A model generated the notes under the pieces. That model did not search any database, was not told where the DNA came from, and was given only the letters and a program-made list of their open reading frames with translations. From Geosiphon pyriformis uo1 (lineage: Eukaryota > Fungi > Glomeromycota), in the NCBI GenBank assembly GCA_016748015.1, contig JAAOMT010000128.1:2487538-2551537 (forward strand): a stretch of DNA of 64,000 nucleotides, given 5' to 3'. Numbering within the stretch: the stretch's first letter is position 1; each line of letters opens with the position of its first letter. Both the position numbers and the translations under genes were made by a program. Positions 39,181-52,800 of the stretch are shown piece by piece.

Positions 39181-41943
39181 CTGATTAAACTGTTCAAGAT
39201 AAGTAATTACTGCTTTATAGTCGTTTTGTTTTATTACATTGAATTAATTTTGTAACCAAATGAGTGTATTGAAATCACAGAAATATTGCAAAAAGGCAAG
39301 TTTAAAAGCAGCAAAGTCAGTTGGTTTTTCCTTAAGACTTTGGTATTAGAAGTCTGTAGTTCTTGTTAAAAAGAAAAGCAGTGCTTGAATAGTTCTATTA
39401 TTGTTCCAATTGTTGGCAATAATTGCCTTTTTAGCTTCTGCTATTCAAATGTATATATTGTTTTCTTTCTTGGAAAACTTTTCTAGTCTGACAATATCTT
39501 GATAAGCTATTATCTAAGTAACAGAAAGTAATTTACTTGTTAATAATAAGAGGTTTAATAGTAGTGTACTATATTGTTTTCTGGGCATTAATATTGGTTG
39601 TTTTTCTTTGTTGTTAGAATTAATAGGCAGCAAGATGGCTGTTTTTTCTATAGGAATAGTTGCTAATTCTGTTAGAAGTTGTGCTGGTAGTGGTGTTCAA
39701 GAGAATGTACTTTTGTCAAGTTTATTAACTGTTGAAATAAGATTCCTGAATAATGATTTGTATTCTTTTAGAAATTTTGTCCAAAAATTATTATTATGAT
39801 TTTAAAGGTACAGAGTTTTGGAAGTTTTTAGAGTTTTCATTTGTGTTTTTATAAGTTGATTAAATAAAATTCTACTTTTTGGTATCTAATAATATGAAGA
39901 AGTATTTGGTAAAAGAAATCTTGATTTTTTGTTGATTATAAATTAAATTTGTTTTATGCAGCTTTTGTATTATCAGATTTGAACTCTGATTCTGTAAAGT
40001 CAGACTTTATTAGTTGTTTTTTTATTTGAAGGTACTGTTTTATCATGTATTCTTCAATTTTTTTGTTAATTATATAAAGAGTCTCAGTTATAGTTCAAGT
40101 AGTGGTTTCTGTTAAGTATGTTAATAATTTTTGATAAATTTGTTTTCTGAATTTTCTTGTGTCTATTGCTCAGCCTAATAGACAGTCAATTTTGGTATAC
40201 AAATAATGACAAAAATTACTTTCTGTAATTATGGTTTCTAATAGTATTCTTAAGTCTTCTTTAAAGTATTGAAATAAGGCTTTTTCATACAGTGAGTAAT
40301 TTCTTTCTACTGTTCTAATAGTCACAACTTTTGTGAATTTCTGGAGTGCTCTGTCTTTGTGAATTTTATAACTTTACAGAAAACACTAAATATTACAAAT
40401 AAACTTAATAGTATATTAGTGTTATTAGTTTCTGAAAATTTTTTGATTGATGTGAATTTATTTATAGAGTTTTTTAATTATAAAACACAGAGAGATGATT
40501 TCATAGTATTACAATTTCGTATATGTGAGTTATCTTCTTTGAGTTAGTTAAGTGTAGTTATTAGGATTTAATAATGTTTTTTTACCTTTCTAATAAGCTA
40601 ACAAGATAATATTAATATCTAATTCTAGAAGAAGCTTTTTTTTTTTACCAGGCTATTACAAAATCTATTTTCAGACAGTTAATTTTCTTATGTTGCTACT
40701 CTACAAAAAAAAACAGTAAAAAAAAAAGAACAAAAAAGAAAAATAAAAGAGAAGAAATTAACATTATTAATTGCTGTGATTAAGAGTGATTGGTTTAAGT
40801 TGTAATATTTTGAAGTAGTTTTATGCTAAAAACATCTGGCTAAGAACAAAGATAAGAACAAGATTAATTCAGCTAAAATATGAGAATATGTGAATTATAT
40901 AAACATAAATTTTGGATTTGTTAATATTTTTTTTATTTCAGTAATATAAAATATAGGATATAATAAGGGATATGTAACAGATTTAGTTAGAAGAAAGTTG
41001 ATTTTTGTCTATTTTCTTTTTTTATCTTCTACAACTACTTTTTTTTTATACATTGTTACTGGAGGTTTTTGGTCTCTTTTCTTAAATGTTGTTGATGCCT
41101 GTTTGTTGTAAATTCACGTTTTCTGGATGTAGTTGAACCTCCAATAACTGAATTTATCTTCAAATTATCTCCTATAATTTGAACTGCTGAGCTTATAAGT
41201 AAAATGGCCAATTCTTTGCCAGTTACTTTATGTAGTTACATTGTAGTAAACATCAACTTTTTCCCAGGAATTGCTCATCTGGAAGCTCACTGAAATGTAT
41301 AGTTACTTTGCTGTGAAAGTCAACTTTTCTACAAGAATCTTGTCTGTAGGCTACCCTAATGATTATAATAAGAAAAGAAAAAAATAATAAAAGAAATGTA
41401 AAAGAAATAGAATTTTGTCAAGAAAAACGTTTTCTATCCAGGCCTGGAGTCACTAACAGTTTATTGAAATTGGTAGCTAATTAATTTCAAAACATTAGTT
41501 GGGTTTTGAGGATTTTCCAAGTGCAATAATTTAAAGAATTTGGTTTTTCGATTTATTTGATATTTTTTTCTTTTTGTGTGTGTAGGAATGATTTTAAGTA
41601 ATAAATCTAAAGTAAGATACATTTTCCAGAAGAGAAAAGCTCTTCTTTTATACAACTTGTTGTAGTACTAGTCTATGAACTTGCACTTTTTCTCTTTGCT
41701 CAAATTTTGGCAAATTTCTTATAAATTTCAGCGAATTTCTGTAAATTTCGGCAAATTTTTGAATATTACAAAGTTCAGGGTATTGTGTAATTTGATCATT
41801 CTACTTTCTGTTATACTAATTAGATTATTTTAATTGAATCGTAATATGTGATAATTGATTAAATAATAAATGATAATTTGAAATGATATTAATATACTAA
41901 TAAATTATAGGAATTATAAGGGTAATTTCATGCTAATTAATAG

Positions 41944-42651
41944 CTAAAATTCTACTGGTAACATAATCTCCTCTTTAAGACTGAGCTCCGTCGAAGTCCA
42001 AGCACTATCTGTAATATTGAGATAGTAATCTAAAATAATTGAAGTAATCTGGTCTGAAAATTGTTGAAATTTCAGTTCTGTGAGTTTGCCAATGTATTGG
42101 ACTTTCATTGGTTGCAGTATTAGATTTTGTAGAACATTTTCACAAGTATTAAACAAGTTATAGAGTCTAAGAGCCACTCTAAGTTTGTAGTGAGTGTTTG
42201 TTGATCCAGCTGCTGTTTTGAATTTATTGTGGATTTGTTTTTGTATAACTTCAGAAGTGAGATTTGTTGCTTCAAGTTCCAGTTTTCGTTCATAAAGTGT
42301 TTTTCCAATTTGAAAGTATTTATAGATAGGGGTGTGTTCATTGTTCTGTTCATTAAGAAGTAGTAGAAGTTTTTGTTGTATTGTAGTATTTGGTGGAATG
42401 TTAATAGGGGCAATTAAAAGATTTTCTTCTAGTACCTGCTTCAAAAGTCTTGGTAATCTATTCTCAGAGTGACTTCTTGTTTTTCTTCTATAGAGGTGAT
42501 AGTTCTGTAAATGATTTGCTACTGGGGCTGTGGTTTCTTTCTGAATGTAATTAATTTGACTTCCATTAATCGTTATAGATAAGTCAGGAAGTGTTTTCAA
42601 GATTAACATTAATTTTTGGGATATTTGTTGAATATTTCGAGGAATAATCAT
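41944..42651 (-). CDS. Extra ORF downstream of integrase (235 aa, unknown function), stop inside the 3' LTR
   Basis: Open ATG-initiated frame between integrase and the 3' LTR; no hydrophobic TM stretch visible; pattern shared with 61068-61820. Confidence 0.7.
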   Translation of the reverse strand: MIIPRNIQQISQKLMLILKTLPDLSITINGSQINYIQKETTAPVANHLQNYHLYRRKTRSHSENRLPRLLKQVLEENLLIAPINIPPNTTIQQKLLLLLNEQNNEHTPIYKYFQIGKTLYERKLELEATNLTSEVIQKQIHNKFKTAAGSTNTHYKLRVALRLYNLFNTCENVLQNLILQPMKVQYIGKLTELKFQQFSDQITSIILDYYLNITDSAWTSTELSLKEEIMLPVEF

Positions 42652-42899
42652 GATAAAATTGACTAATGAATAAAGAAAATAATTTTTGGATATGGGGTTT
42701 TTATTTGTTTTTGGTTTTGGGTGTTTGGTAATTATTTACTATTTTTGTCTTTATGTTTTTATTAGAGAATTATTGTAAAATTTAAGTGTTCAAGTTTGGT
42801 TGTTGTTCTATTATAATTATTGGTTCTAAATTTCGGGGAATATCTTCAGAATTAATTAAAGGAGAATGTGTACCAATTTGTGGAATTAATGGTTCAGGA

Positions 42900-44170
42900 T
42901 TGTTTCTGGAATGATAGTGTTTCAATCTGTCTTTATGTGCAACTTTTGCTAATATTTTGTCATCAAGTTTTAACTTATATAATCCATTGCCTAGAATTTC
43001 GTGAATATAAAATGGTCCATCCTATTTGTTTTCAAATTTCCCACTCCATTGTTTTTCAGCCTTAGTTCTGTGTAAGAGAATTTTATTTCCAACTTTAAAT
43101 TTATTGGTAATAGGTGATAATTTGTTATCATGTCTTTCTTTTTGTTGAGCTTGGGAATGTTCAATATGAGTTGCTGCTATTTTTCTTTTTCCTTCTAGTG
43201 TACTAAGAAGAGTGTAGGCTCTTCTTTGGAATGTCTCTTGAAAGTTTTCTTCATTGATTGGTTGCACTGGGTATGTTTCCACTGTGAAATTAATTGGTAA
43301 TATTGCTGTCTTTCCATAAGTAAGATCAAATGGTATGTGTTTCATAGTATCTTGTTTTAGTGTTCTGTATGCTAGTAACACTGATGAAATAAAGATATCC
43401 CATTCCTGCTCAAAGTCTGTTAAGACTTTGGTTAGAGATTCACACAATGTTCTGTTGAAACATTCTACAAGTCCATTTGTTTGAAGGTAATAAGGTAATG
43501 ATAGAGGTCTTTTGACATTGAACTGTTCATAAATTTCTTGTATCAAGTTGTTCACAAAATGTGTTCCTTGATCAAATAAGAGTTTAATTGGGCATCCATG
43601 TCTACAGATAATGTCTTCATAGATGAAATTTGCTACTGATTTTGCATCTACTCTTTGGATGGCTCTAGCTTCAGGCCATTTGGTAAGATAATCCACTGCA
43701 ACTGCAATATAATAATTTCCTTGGGTTGTGATAGGTAATGGTCCGACTAAATCAATTCCAACTCTGTCAAAAAGTTGTCCAACTTTGATTGAATTTAAAG
43801 GTTCTGTGGGGCGAGTTCCTTCTTTTCTTTAACAATTATCACAAGATTCTACATATTGTCGAATGTTTTTTTGCATGTGAGGCCAAAAATAATGTTCAAG
43901 AGTTCTTTGAATTGTTCCCTCTTTTCCCAAGTGTGCTGAAGACGGATCTGTGTGCATGTTGTATAAAATTGTTTTTTTTTCATTCTCTTGTACTAATCTG
44001 AGTGGCTGGTTTGGTTTTCTGTGATTTTTATAATAGATTTTGTTCTAGTGTATGAAATATTGTTTTAATTGGTGTTGTAAGCAGAGTTTTTCACTTGGAG
44101 ACCAGTTTTCTGACATGGTAAGAGTCTCCAAATAATTTTTAAGATTGCTGTAGTTTCTGGGATCCATTCT
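42900..44170 (-). pseudogene. Gypsy integrase
   Basis: HTDPSSAHLG...CDNC (HHCC), VGIDLVGP, DYLTKWPEA, DQGTHF, NGLVECFN, and the GPF motif after WSGKF. Confidence 0.92.
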
Positions 44171-44229
44171 TGTTTGGTTATTTTGTTGATAAGTTGGTAA
44201 GTTGTGATGGAATTGTTGTTGGTATTAAT

Positions 44230-45640
44230 CTTGTCTTATTCTTGAGAGGCTATCAACATTGGTATGTAGTTTTTCTGGTTTGTGGTGTACAATATATCTG
44301 TAGTCTGCTAGGAAGTCATTCCATCAAAACTGTTTGGCATTTTGTTCAGTTTTCTTTTTATTAAGCCATTTGAGGCCAATATTGTCCATTATTATGTCAA
44401 ATTCTTTTTCATTCTTCAGATATTGTTGAAAATGTTTAAGAGCCCAAATAACTGCAGCAGCTTTTAATTCAATTAAGCCATATTTGAGTTCTATTAGCTT
44501 GAGTGTTCTGCTGGCATAGGCAATAATTTGTTCTTGGCCATTTTTATCCAATTGTGATAAGATGGCACCAAATGCTATGTGTGAGACATCAGTGGCTAAT
44601 TGGAATCGTTTGTTGAAGTCTGGATAAGCAAGAACTGGGGCTGTTGTCAATTTTGTTTTGAGAATTTCAAAAGCTTTTTGTTGTTCTTTAGTCCATTTGT
44701 ATGGTATGTTTTTGTTGATAAGATAATTGAGTGGTTTGGCAATTTCTGAGAATCCTTTTATGAATTTTTAATAGTAAGAGACTAATTCCACAAATTCTCT
44801 TAGTTCTGTAGTATTTCTGGGGGTTTGAAGGTTTTTGACAGCACTGATTGTTCCTGGATTTGGTTTGATTCTATCTTTACTAACTATGTGTCCAAGAAAG
44901 ATCAAGCTTGTTTTTCCAAAGTGACATTTCTCAATATTTAACTTTAATCCTGCTTTCTGTAATCGTTGAAAAACTTCTCGCAAGTGAATGAGATGGGCTT
45001 CAAAGCTTGGTGAGTATACATTAGTATTATCAAGATAAACAATTACTGATTGCCATAAGAGCCTTTCATAGACAACATCCATGAGTCGCTGAAATGTTGC
45101 TGGTGTATTGCAGAGTCCAAAAAGCATAACATTAAACTCATAATTTCCTCCTTGAGTGGTGAATGCTGTTTTGGGTCTATCTTTTGGGTCCATTTCGACT
45201 TGTCAGTATCCACTTTCCAGGTCTAAAGTTGAAAAGAACTTGGCTTTTCCTAGAGCATTTAGCATGTCATCAATTCTTAGAAAAGAGTAGGCATCTCCAA
45301 TTGTAACACTATTCAGTTGTCTATAATCAACACAGAATCTGATTTTTCCATTTTTTTTTTTAACTAAAACTACTGGTGAGGCCCAAGAACTTCTTGATGG
45401 TTGAATCAATCCGTTATTGAGCATTTTTTGGACCTTTTCTCTGATAAATTGGTGGCTGGCAGGTGGCACTTGATAAGCTTGTTGACGTTTTGGTAAAGCA
45501 TCTCCTGTATGGATCTGATGTTGAACAATGTCTGTTTTTCCCAAGTCATTGTTGTTTTTTGCAAATATATCTGCAAATTCAGCTATTAATTGTTTCAATT
45601 GTCTTTGTTGTTGAGGTTCTAAGGGACTCATATTGATTCG
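44230..45640 (-). pseudogene. pol: Gypsy RT and RNase H
   Basis: SWASPVVLV, FCVDYRQLN, TLDLESGY, FGLCNTPATFQ, YLDN, LATDVS, IAYASR. Confidence 0.93.
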
Positions 45641-46069
45641 AGAGAGTTTTTCTTCCAACAAGTAGTAGTTTTCAGTGGTGGGAATGATATTTGGATTTGG
45701 GAGTAGAGTATGCTTTACAATTTCGATGAAATTAGAGACAATTTGAGGATTTTCATCTTGAAAAATATTGCTGTGTATGATTCCAATTTCTAATTTGTTT
45801 AATAAAACAATAGGGTAATTATTGGAATTGTAGAATGTAACTCGAAATTTTTTCATTCCTTTGGGAATATAAACGTTTGGAATTGATATTTCATGCTTCA
45901 AACAGATTTGTTTATTGGATTCAAAGATTTGTTGTGTAGTGGTGGGTTTTGAGCAAGTGTAAATTTCGTGATGTTCTCCAAAAGGTGAAATGGTAATTGG
46001 CTGAGGAAGTTGAAGAATCTGGTGAGATTTATTTTGTGTATTAAGAACTATGTTTACTGGGACTGTAAA

Positions 46070-46490
46070 TCGTCCAGTTGAACCAAAACCTTGAGTTTCT
46101 CTTTCACTTTTTCCCAATTGNNNNNNNNNNNNNNNNNNNNTGAAATGTTGATTAAGGGTAAGTAAATTGCTTGAGCAATTTTTTCAGCATGTTCAATTTT
46201 GAATGGTTTGTCTGTCTCATTCTGTAACATGATGGTAATGTCTCCAGTGTATCCTGCATCTATAACTCCTCCTCTAATATTGATTCCTTTGCTTGCCAAT
46301 GATGATCTGGAGGCAATTTGAACCATTGCTCCTGGTGGAATTTCAAGAGCAATTTTGAGATTGATTTTTGTCAAAGACTTTGGTTGGAGAATCAAAGTAT
46401 CTTTTTCTGGGTATCTTAGGTCATATCCAGCATCAATTTCGTGTGCTTTTTCTGGTCTGATTCCTTGGCCATGGTTGTCAAAATATTTAA
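46070..46490 (-). pseudogene. dUTPase domain in Gypsy pol (spans N gap)
   Basis: DAGYDL, ASRSSLA, GGVIDAGYTGDI, EKIAQAI and, after the gap, RETQGFGSTG: all five motifs. Confidence 0.92.
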
Positions 46491-47419
46491 GTTGTAGAGG
46501 TGGTTGTTTTTCAAGAAGATAAATGGAAGTAGTTGGTAGTTCTTCTACTAGTTCAGATACTCTAAATTCGATTTCATTTTCATCATTCTCATTTGACAGA
46601 GGAATGCTAAGAGCATAACATTCTAAACACCATTGGTCATTACAAGGCATAACACATTCTTCACACAATTGAATGTTCATTTGCTCTAATCATTGAATTT
46701 GAGCTTTTTTGGTCGGATATGTGTGGCTTGCAATTTGGTGGTAGGTTTCTACTTCATCTTCATAATCAAATCCAGCTAATTTCATGGTATACTCAATATA
46801 TTCAGCTTCTTTCATTTGGCAGACATCTTCTTGGGTGGCTCCATTGATCAATGCCATTGTTAGATCAAAAATCATTTCAGCATCATGAGGGTAGTGGTAA
46901 AGTTTATTGAGAGCACTGTTGTATACTGCATCAAATGGTGTTCCTCTTCTGACTTTTTCCGAAATTGATAGAGCATATTGACAGGTTTGATCATATACTT
47001 CTCCTCTCATTGCTACATTAATCCAATTGCATTCTTCTGGTAGCATTTCTCCACATGTAAGACAAGATATGTTGTTCTATTTTCCACTTCTTTTTGGAGA
47101 TCCAAATCGTTCTCTATGGCATGCTTTGCAAAAGTAACAGGTATGAGTTTCATATTCCTCTTCTGGAAAAATACATGCTCCCATTGATGAAAGTTTTTTG
47201 TTGCAATCTTTGCATTTGAGTGGAATATAGGGTGGTTGTTTTCATGGTTCTGGTGTAGAATATCTAACTTTTTTCTATTCCCTTGATTCTTCAAAAATCT
47301 CTTGTTCGGTTTTTTCAGCCCAATTGGATGTTGATCCAAAAGCCATGTAGGTTTCAGTAAGTGGCATTTTTTTCTCCTCTTCAAATTCAAATATTGGAGC
47401 TTTTTCTGATCGTTTGTTA

Positions 47420-47800
47420 AAGATATCACAGGTTGCAAGTACTATGGTATATTGTCTTTGGTATGAGATTTTAAGTTCTTGAGTTTCCCAGTTCAGGTTT
47501 GCATTAGCCTTAAGAAGCCAATCATTTCTGACTAGAGCTTGGTATTGGAATGCATCCATAACAAAAACTTTAACTGGAATGGTGATTCCATCAATTAAAA
47601 AAGGGAAATCATCAATTTCTCCTACTGAAGTCTTCTTCATACTATCAGCTGTAACAATAACTGTTTGAGCTGGTCTGTCTACGTTTTGTTTGAGTTGTTG
47701 CATCAGCTGGTAAGTGATGATACTTCCAGCTGATCCACTATCTAAGATTAAGTGAATGGGTTTTCCTTCCACTGTAGCTTCTGTGTACATAGCAGTAATT
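47420..47800 (-). pseudogene. Aspartic protease
   Basis: IHLILDSGSAGSII, YQALVRNDWL. Confidence 0.9.
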
Positions 47801-47899
47801 GCTTTCTGTTCATTGACTGCTGCATTACTAAGCAGAAATGATGATTCATTTGCTTCAAATTCAAATGGAAATATATCTGACAGATTAGCATTTTAGGCA

Positions 47900-49810
47900 A
47901 TTTGAGCTGGTAGAATGGTGTGATTGGAAGGGTTTGATCTTAGCACTGCAACTTCATTTTCAGAAAGTGCAGTTTGTTGAAAATCCGATTTCTCTGGTAT
48001 TGTAAGATAACTGGGTTGAGTGTGATAGTAATTGGGTCTTTGCTGACCCGAATTTTGGGGAACCAACTGGTTATTCTGCAATTAATTTTGGGGTGTAAAT
48101 TGGTTGTGTTGAACCAATTTTCTTGCTGGTACTTGATATTGTTGAGTGGATGGTGTCTGATATGGATGAATTGGTAAAGGTTGCTGATATTGTTGCTGCA
48201 TTGATTATGGAGCTGGTGGATAGTAGTTTTGATTTTGTGGTCTTGGTGAATAATAGGTTGGTGGTGGAGATTGGTAATAGGATTGTTGTGGTGAAGAGTA
48301 ATGTTGATTACTCCTGTTTTGTTGGTCTCTTTGTAATTTTCTACAATCTCGTTTCCAGTGTCTTGAAATTCCACAATAATAACAATTTTTAGATTGGTTG
48401 TTGGATGGTAATCCAAAATTGTTTTGGTTGCGTCATTGTGGTGGTTGATATCTTTGTGGTTGTTGCTGCTATTGTTGTTGGTTTGTAAAATAGCTTTCAA
48501 CTTTCCTTGTGAGTTGGTCTATCTTTTCTTCAGCTGCTGAACTGGTTTCTCCAATTGCAAGGTTTACAAGCTTGGTGTGATTTGCTTCTTCCATTGCCAT
48601 CTCATAGCTTTTTACATGTCTAATAGCAGTTGCTAAGTCTGCTGGAGCATGTGGACGGACTTTCTTAATTAGTTTGTCTTTTAACCCTGCTATAAACTGA
48701 TCCAAAATTTGAGCATCAGAATAGTAGTCATTTGTTTTCAATTGTCAGATTTGTCTGAAAAATTTGTTAAATCTTCTAAGATAGGTCATAACAGATTCAG
48801 ATGTTTCTTGTTTGATATTGCGAAAGCAGTTTCTGAGAGTGATAAAGGTATTGTTGTTGGTGAATTGTTGTAGAAAAGTATCTTTGAATGCTTGCCAGTT
48901 TTCAAATGGTTCTTCTAAATTTTCAAACCATTCTCCTGCTGTTCCTTGGAGAAAGTAGGGAATTGCTTTGAGCATTCTTGCTGCAATCCAACCATTTGCA
49001 TTTCCTGCTTTTTGAACCTTGTCAAGCCATTCTTGAAGACTGGTATCATTGTCTTCACCAGTGAATTCTGGGATTTTTGCAATGTAAGCAGTTGCTATTT
49101 CTTCTTCATTTTCTGTAATTTCTTCTGGTTCTGATTCAGTTCTTCACTTTCCAAGCTTTCTGAGTGATTACTTTCGTTTTCTTGTAAGTAATCAATGATA
49201 TTGACACTTGTTGATATTGGTTCCTGCTGTTGAGTAAGATTTCTAGGTAACTGAAATCTTCTGGTCTGAAAAAACGGCTAAGTGGTGAACTTGGTGTTTG
49301 TGGTTGAACAAGTGAAATTAGAAATGGTGTAATAGAAAGTGGTAATTTGACACTGGTTCCTTGTTCAGGTGTTTGCAAGTGTTTGGCAGTTGTTTTTTGT
49401 AGTGTTGGAGTGTTTGGAATGGTTCTTGAGTATTGCTTCAATCTTTGTTTGCCTTTGTTGCTTGTTTCTGTCTCTGATTCAAAGTCAAAATTGTATTTAG
49501 ACTGTACTGGGTATTTTTCTTCACAATACTCAATAATGTTAAAATTAAGTTCTTGGAAGTAGGTAGCAAGTGTTTCACTGTTCAGGTCTTCTGTTTCCAA
49601 TTGTGAATAGTGTACTAAATTATTGTAGAGGTTGCTTCTAACTTCTGAAATGTTGTAGTTTCCAAAAAGTTAATTGTTGATGCGGTTTTCAATGTATTGG
49701 TATACTGATTTCTTTACAACTTCAATTCCGTCTGGAATGTTGAATTTTTGCTTGCAGTGGGTGTAAATTGACTGATAATACTCTAGAGTTGCTGTGTCTG
49801 GTGTGGTTGC
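47900..49810 (-). pseudogene. gag: gag with N-terminal extension
   Basis: IPEFTGED, FLQGTAGEWF, NIKQE, QILDQFIAGL; CYYCGISRHWKRDC at ~48342-48385. Confidence 0.87.
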
Positions 49811-52800
49811 CACTTTGAATTTGTTGTTGCTGTGTTATTTCTGTAGGAGAGCACCAAATGTTACCAGAGGTTTTTGGTCTCTTTTTTTAAATGTTGTTGA
49901 TGCCTGTTTGTTGTGAATTCACGTTTTCTGGATGTGGTTGAACCTCCAATAACTGAATTTATCTTCAAATTATCTCCTATAATTTGAACTGCTGGGCTTA
50001 TAAGTGGAATGGCCAATTTCTTACCAGTTACTTTATGTAGTTACATTGTAGTAAACATCAACTCTTTCCCAAGAATTGCTCGTCTGGAAGCTTACTGAAA
50101 TGTATAGTTACTTTGCTGTGAAAGTCAACTCTTCTACAAGAATCTTGTCTGTAGGCTACCCTAATGATTGTAATAAGAAAAGAAAAGAAAAATAAAAGAA
50201 ATGTAAAAGAAATAGAATTTTGTCAAGAAAAACGTTTTCTATCCAGGCCTGGAGTCACTAACAGTTTACTGAAATTGGTAGCTAATCAATTTCAAAATGT
50301 TAGTTGGGTTTTGAGGATTTTCCAAGTGCAATAATTTAAAGAATTTGGTTTTTTAATTTATTTGATATTTTTTTCTTTTTGTGTATGTAGGAATGGTTTT
50401 AAGTAATAAATCTAAAGTAAGATACATTTTCCAAAAGAGAAAAGCTCTTCTTTTATACAACTTGTTGTAGTACTAGTCTATGAACTTGCACTTTTTCTCT
50501 TTGCTCAAATTTCGGCGAACTAAAGATATATTTTGATGAACTACAAGTTATTTCACTGAACTATTGATTAATTTGGGTAAATTATTCATAATTTCGGCGA
50601 ATTTCTGTAAATTTCGGCGAATTTTTGAATGTACAAAGTTCAGGGTATTGTGTAATTTGATCATCCTACTTTCTGTTATACTAATTAGATTATTTTAATT
50701 GAATCGTGATATGTGATAATTGATTAAATAATAAATGATAATTTGAAATAATATTAATATACTAATGAATTATAGGAATTATAAGGGTAATTTCATGCTA
50801 ATTAATAGCTAAAATTCTACTGATAACAACATTTCTCTTAGTTCTATAAGACTGCTTTTTATTATTTTATTATTGCTAATTATTGTTTGCTATTTCCATT
50901 ATTGCTTCATTTTTCTATATTATTACTAGTTATTCTAAGTTTAATTAATTTTTTTGTGCTATATTATATTCTTATATTTTGTATTGTGTTATCCTAAATT
51001 ATTACATATTATTTTGTGTTTTTTTATATTATCTTGTATTATTTTATGTTATTATATTTTGATCATATTTTTTTATAACTTGGATTGGTTTTTCTACTCA
51101 AGTAACAGTGCTTAATAGTTGGTAATATTAGTAATTTTTAAAGGTTTTGGTTAAGTTCTTTGTATAATGGACAAAAATTCAATTAATGGTTTTTTTTATG
51201 TATCTTTTTTTTCCAGCATAATAGCCAGTTTATTTTGGTAGTTATGCTCTTTTAGTAAGCTATCCTTAAATTTTTATTTTTATTTCTGGGTTTTTTACCA
51301 GACTATTCTTGACATCAAATACTCAATGCTTAATTCTTTTAATCAATTTAGCAAACGACAAAAAACAAAACAAAAGAAATAAAAAAAATAAAAAAAATAA
51401 AAGAAAATAAGAAAAAAAAATAAAAAATTAGTATTTTGTTAATAGTCATAATCAAGAGCTATTGATTTAGTGTAGTTAAGTATTGAATTCTATTAACATG
51501 AAGTGTTAATAGAATAAAAGTGATTAATTTTTTTAATCAAGTAACAATAACATGAATTGGATAATAATAGAGAATTTTATTAATATAAAAATAATTTCAT
51601 TTTAACTTACTATTTTTTGAAGAAAAAAATATTGTTCTAAATTAATATGAACTCTATTGAATTTTTCTGGAGTTATTTTTTCTGTTTTTAATATTTTTGC
51701 TATATATATATAATTTATGTTATATAAAATCTTGCATTTTCTTGAACAATATGCTCTATTTTTTCTAATAATATGCTTATTGCTAAGTAATATATTATAA
51801 TTTTTTAACAATATGCTTATTGCTAAACAGTATGCTATAATTTACTGACAATGTGCCTATTGCTAAGCAATATATTATAATTTTCTAATATTGTACTTAC
51901 TTGCTAAGTCTTATTCTCCTATTGATTTTATTTTTCTATTTGTTTTTCTTACTTTCTTTCTTATACTTTTCTATGAGTAATATTATTCCTTTCTTTTAAT
52001 ATTGAGTTCTGTCAAGATCTCTTAAATTTTCTAACTCTATACTAATATGTAAATGAGATTTCAATCTGATGGCAGTTTTTTCTGAATATCTAAAATTAAA
52101 CTTTGTGTTGATATTATGTATGCATTTTGGTATAATACACTTATTATTATTATTAAACCATTTAAGTTTCTGCTTCTGTGAAAAATCTGGAAGCATAATA
52201 TATTGTTTAAAGTTTTTATTGGAGTTTAAATTATCATTATTGTTATTGCCATTGTAAATAGAGTTGGAATCATTGTTGTTGTTATTATTAAAATCTGAAT
52301 TAGGATTAAATTTTAATTTTAATTTTGAAACACAGCTGTTAATTGGTTTTTTCTCTTCAAGAATTGAATAAATTGTGTATAGTAGCAGATTGTAAATAAG
52401 ATTACTATTATCACAATATTTTAAGTTATGAAAAATTAAGCAATATTTACAAAGTCTAGTATTTAATTATTCTAAATACTACTCTTGTTTTTCTTAAGTA
52501 GGTGTTAGATCTTAATAATAAGATAATTTTTTTCTTAGTTTTAATAAGTATAAATTATTTGTTATTTGTTTTTTCTATAAAGATAATGACTTGTGGTTTA
52601 TTCTCTTTTTTTTTTTTTTTGTTGTTTTAAAAAAATATTAATAGTAGTGTATTGTACTTGTCTTTAATTTACAAAACTTGATAGGTTTCTCAGATAAGTT
52701 TCTTTTTTTCTTTTTTAAACTTAATTAGTAGTAATTAATTAATAGTATTTGTTTTGAAGTGGCTGCAAGTAGCAAGTATTCAAGTTTGCTAATCATCTTA

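Larger units (their letters stand above)
41054..50828 (-). mobile_element. Structurally complete Ty3/Gypsy element, family B (gag-PR-Cys-rich-dUTPase-RT-RNase H-IN plus extra ORF)
   Basis: 5' LTR 49859-50828 and 3' LTR 41054-41963 (~60 bp shorter). Perfect TSD ACAT (41050-41053, 50829-50832). PBS ~49841-49856; PPT aaagaggaga ~41967-41976. Confidence 0.95.
9797..51107 (-). mobile_element. Old, heavily decayed Ty3/Gypsy element (family D) hosting most later insertions: 3' LTR 9797-~10695 plus ~26722-26866; internal region 26867-40390; 5' LTR 40391-41053 plus 50833-51107
   Basis: tattacaaataaacttaat starts both 9797 and 40391. Decayed PBS at 40373-40390. Minus-strand relics appear in Gypsy order: gag (~37900-39500), protease (~36900-37210), dUTPase (~35440-35800), RT (34253-34760 plus 29450-29649), RNase H (~29000-29400), integrase (NYLIKWPEARA ~28480-28510). 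Outer TSDs do not match, so the two LTRs may come from different copies. Confidence 0.65.
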
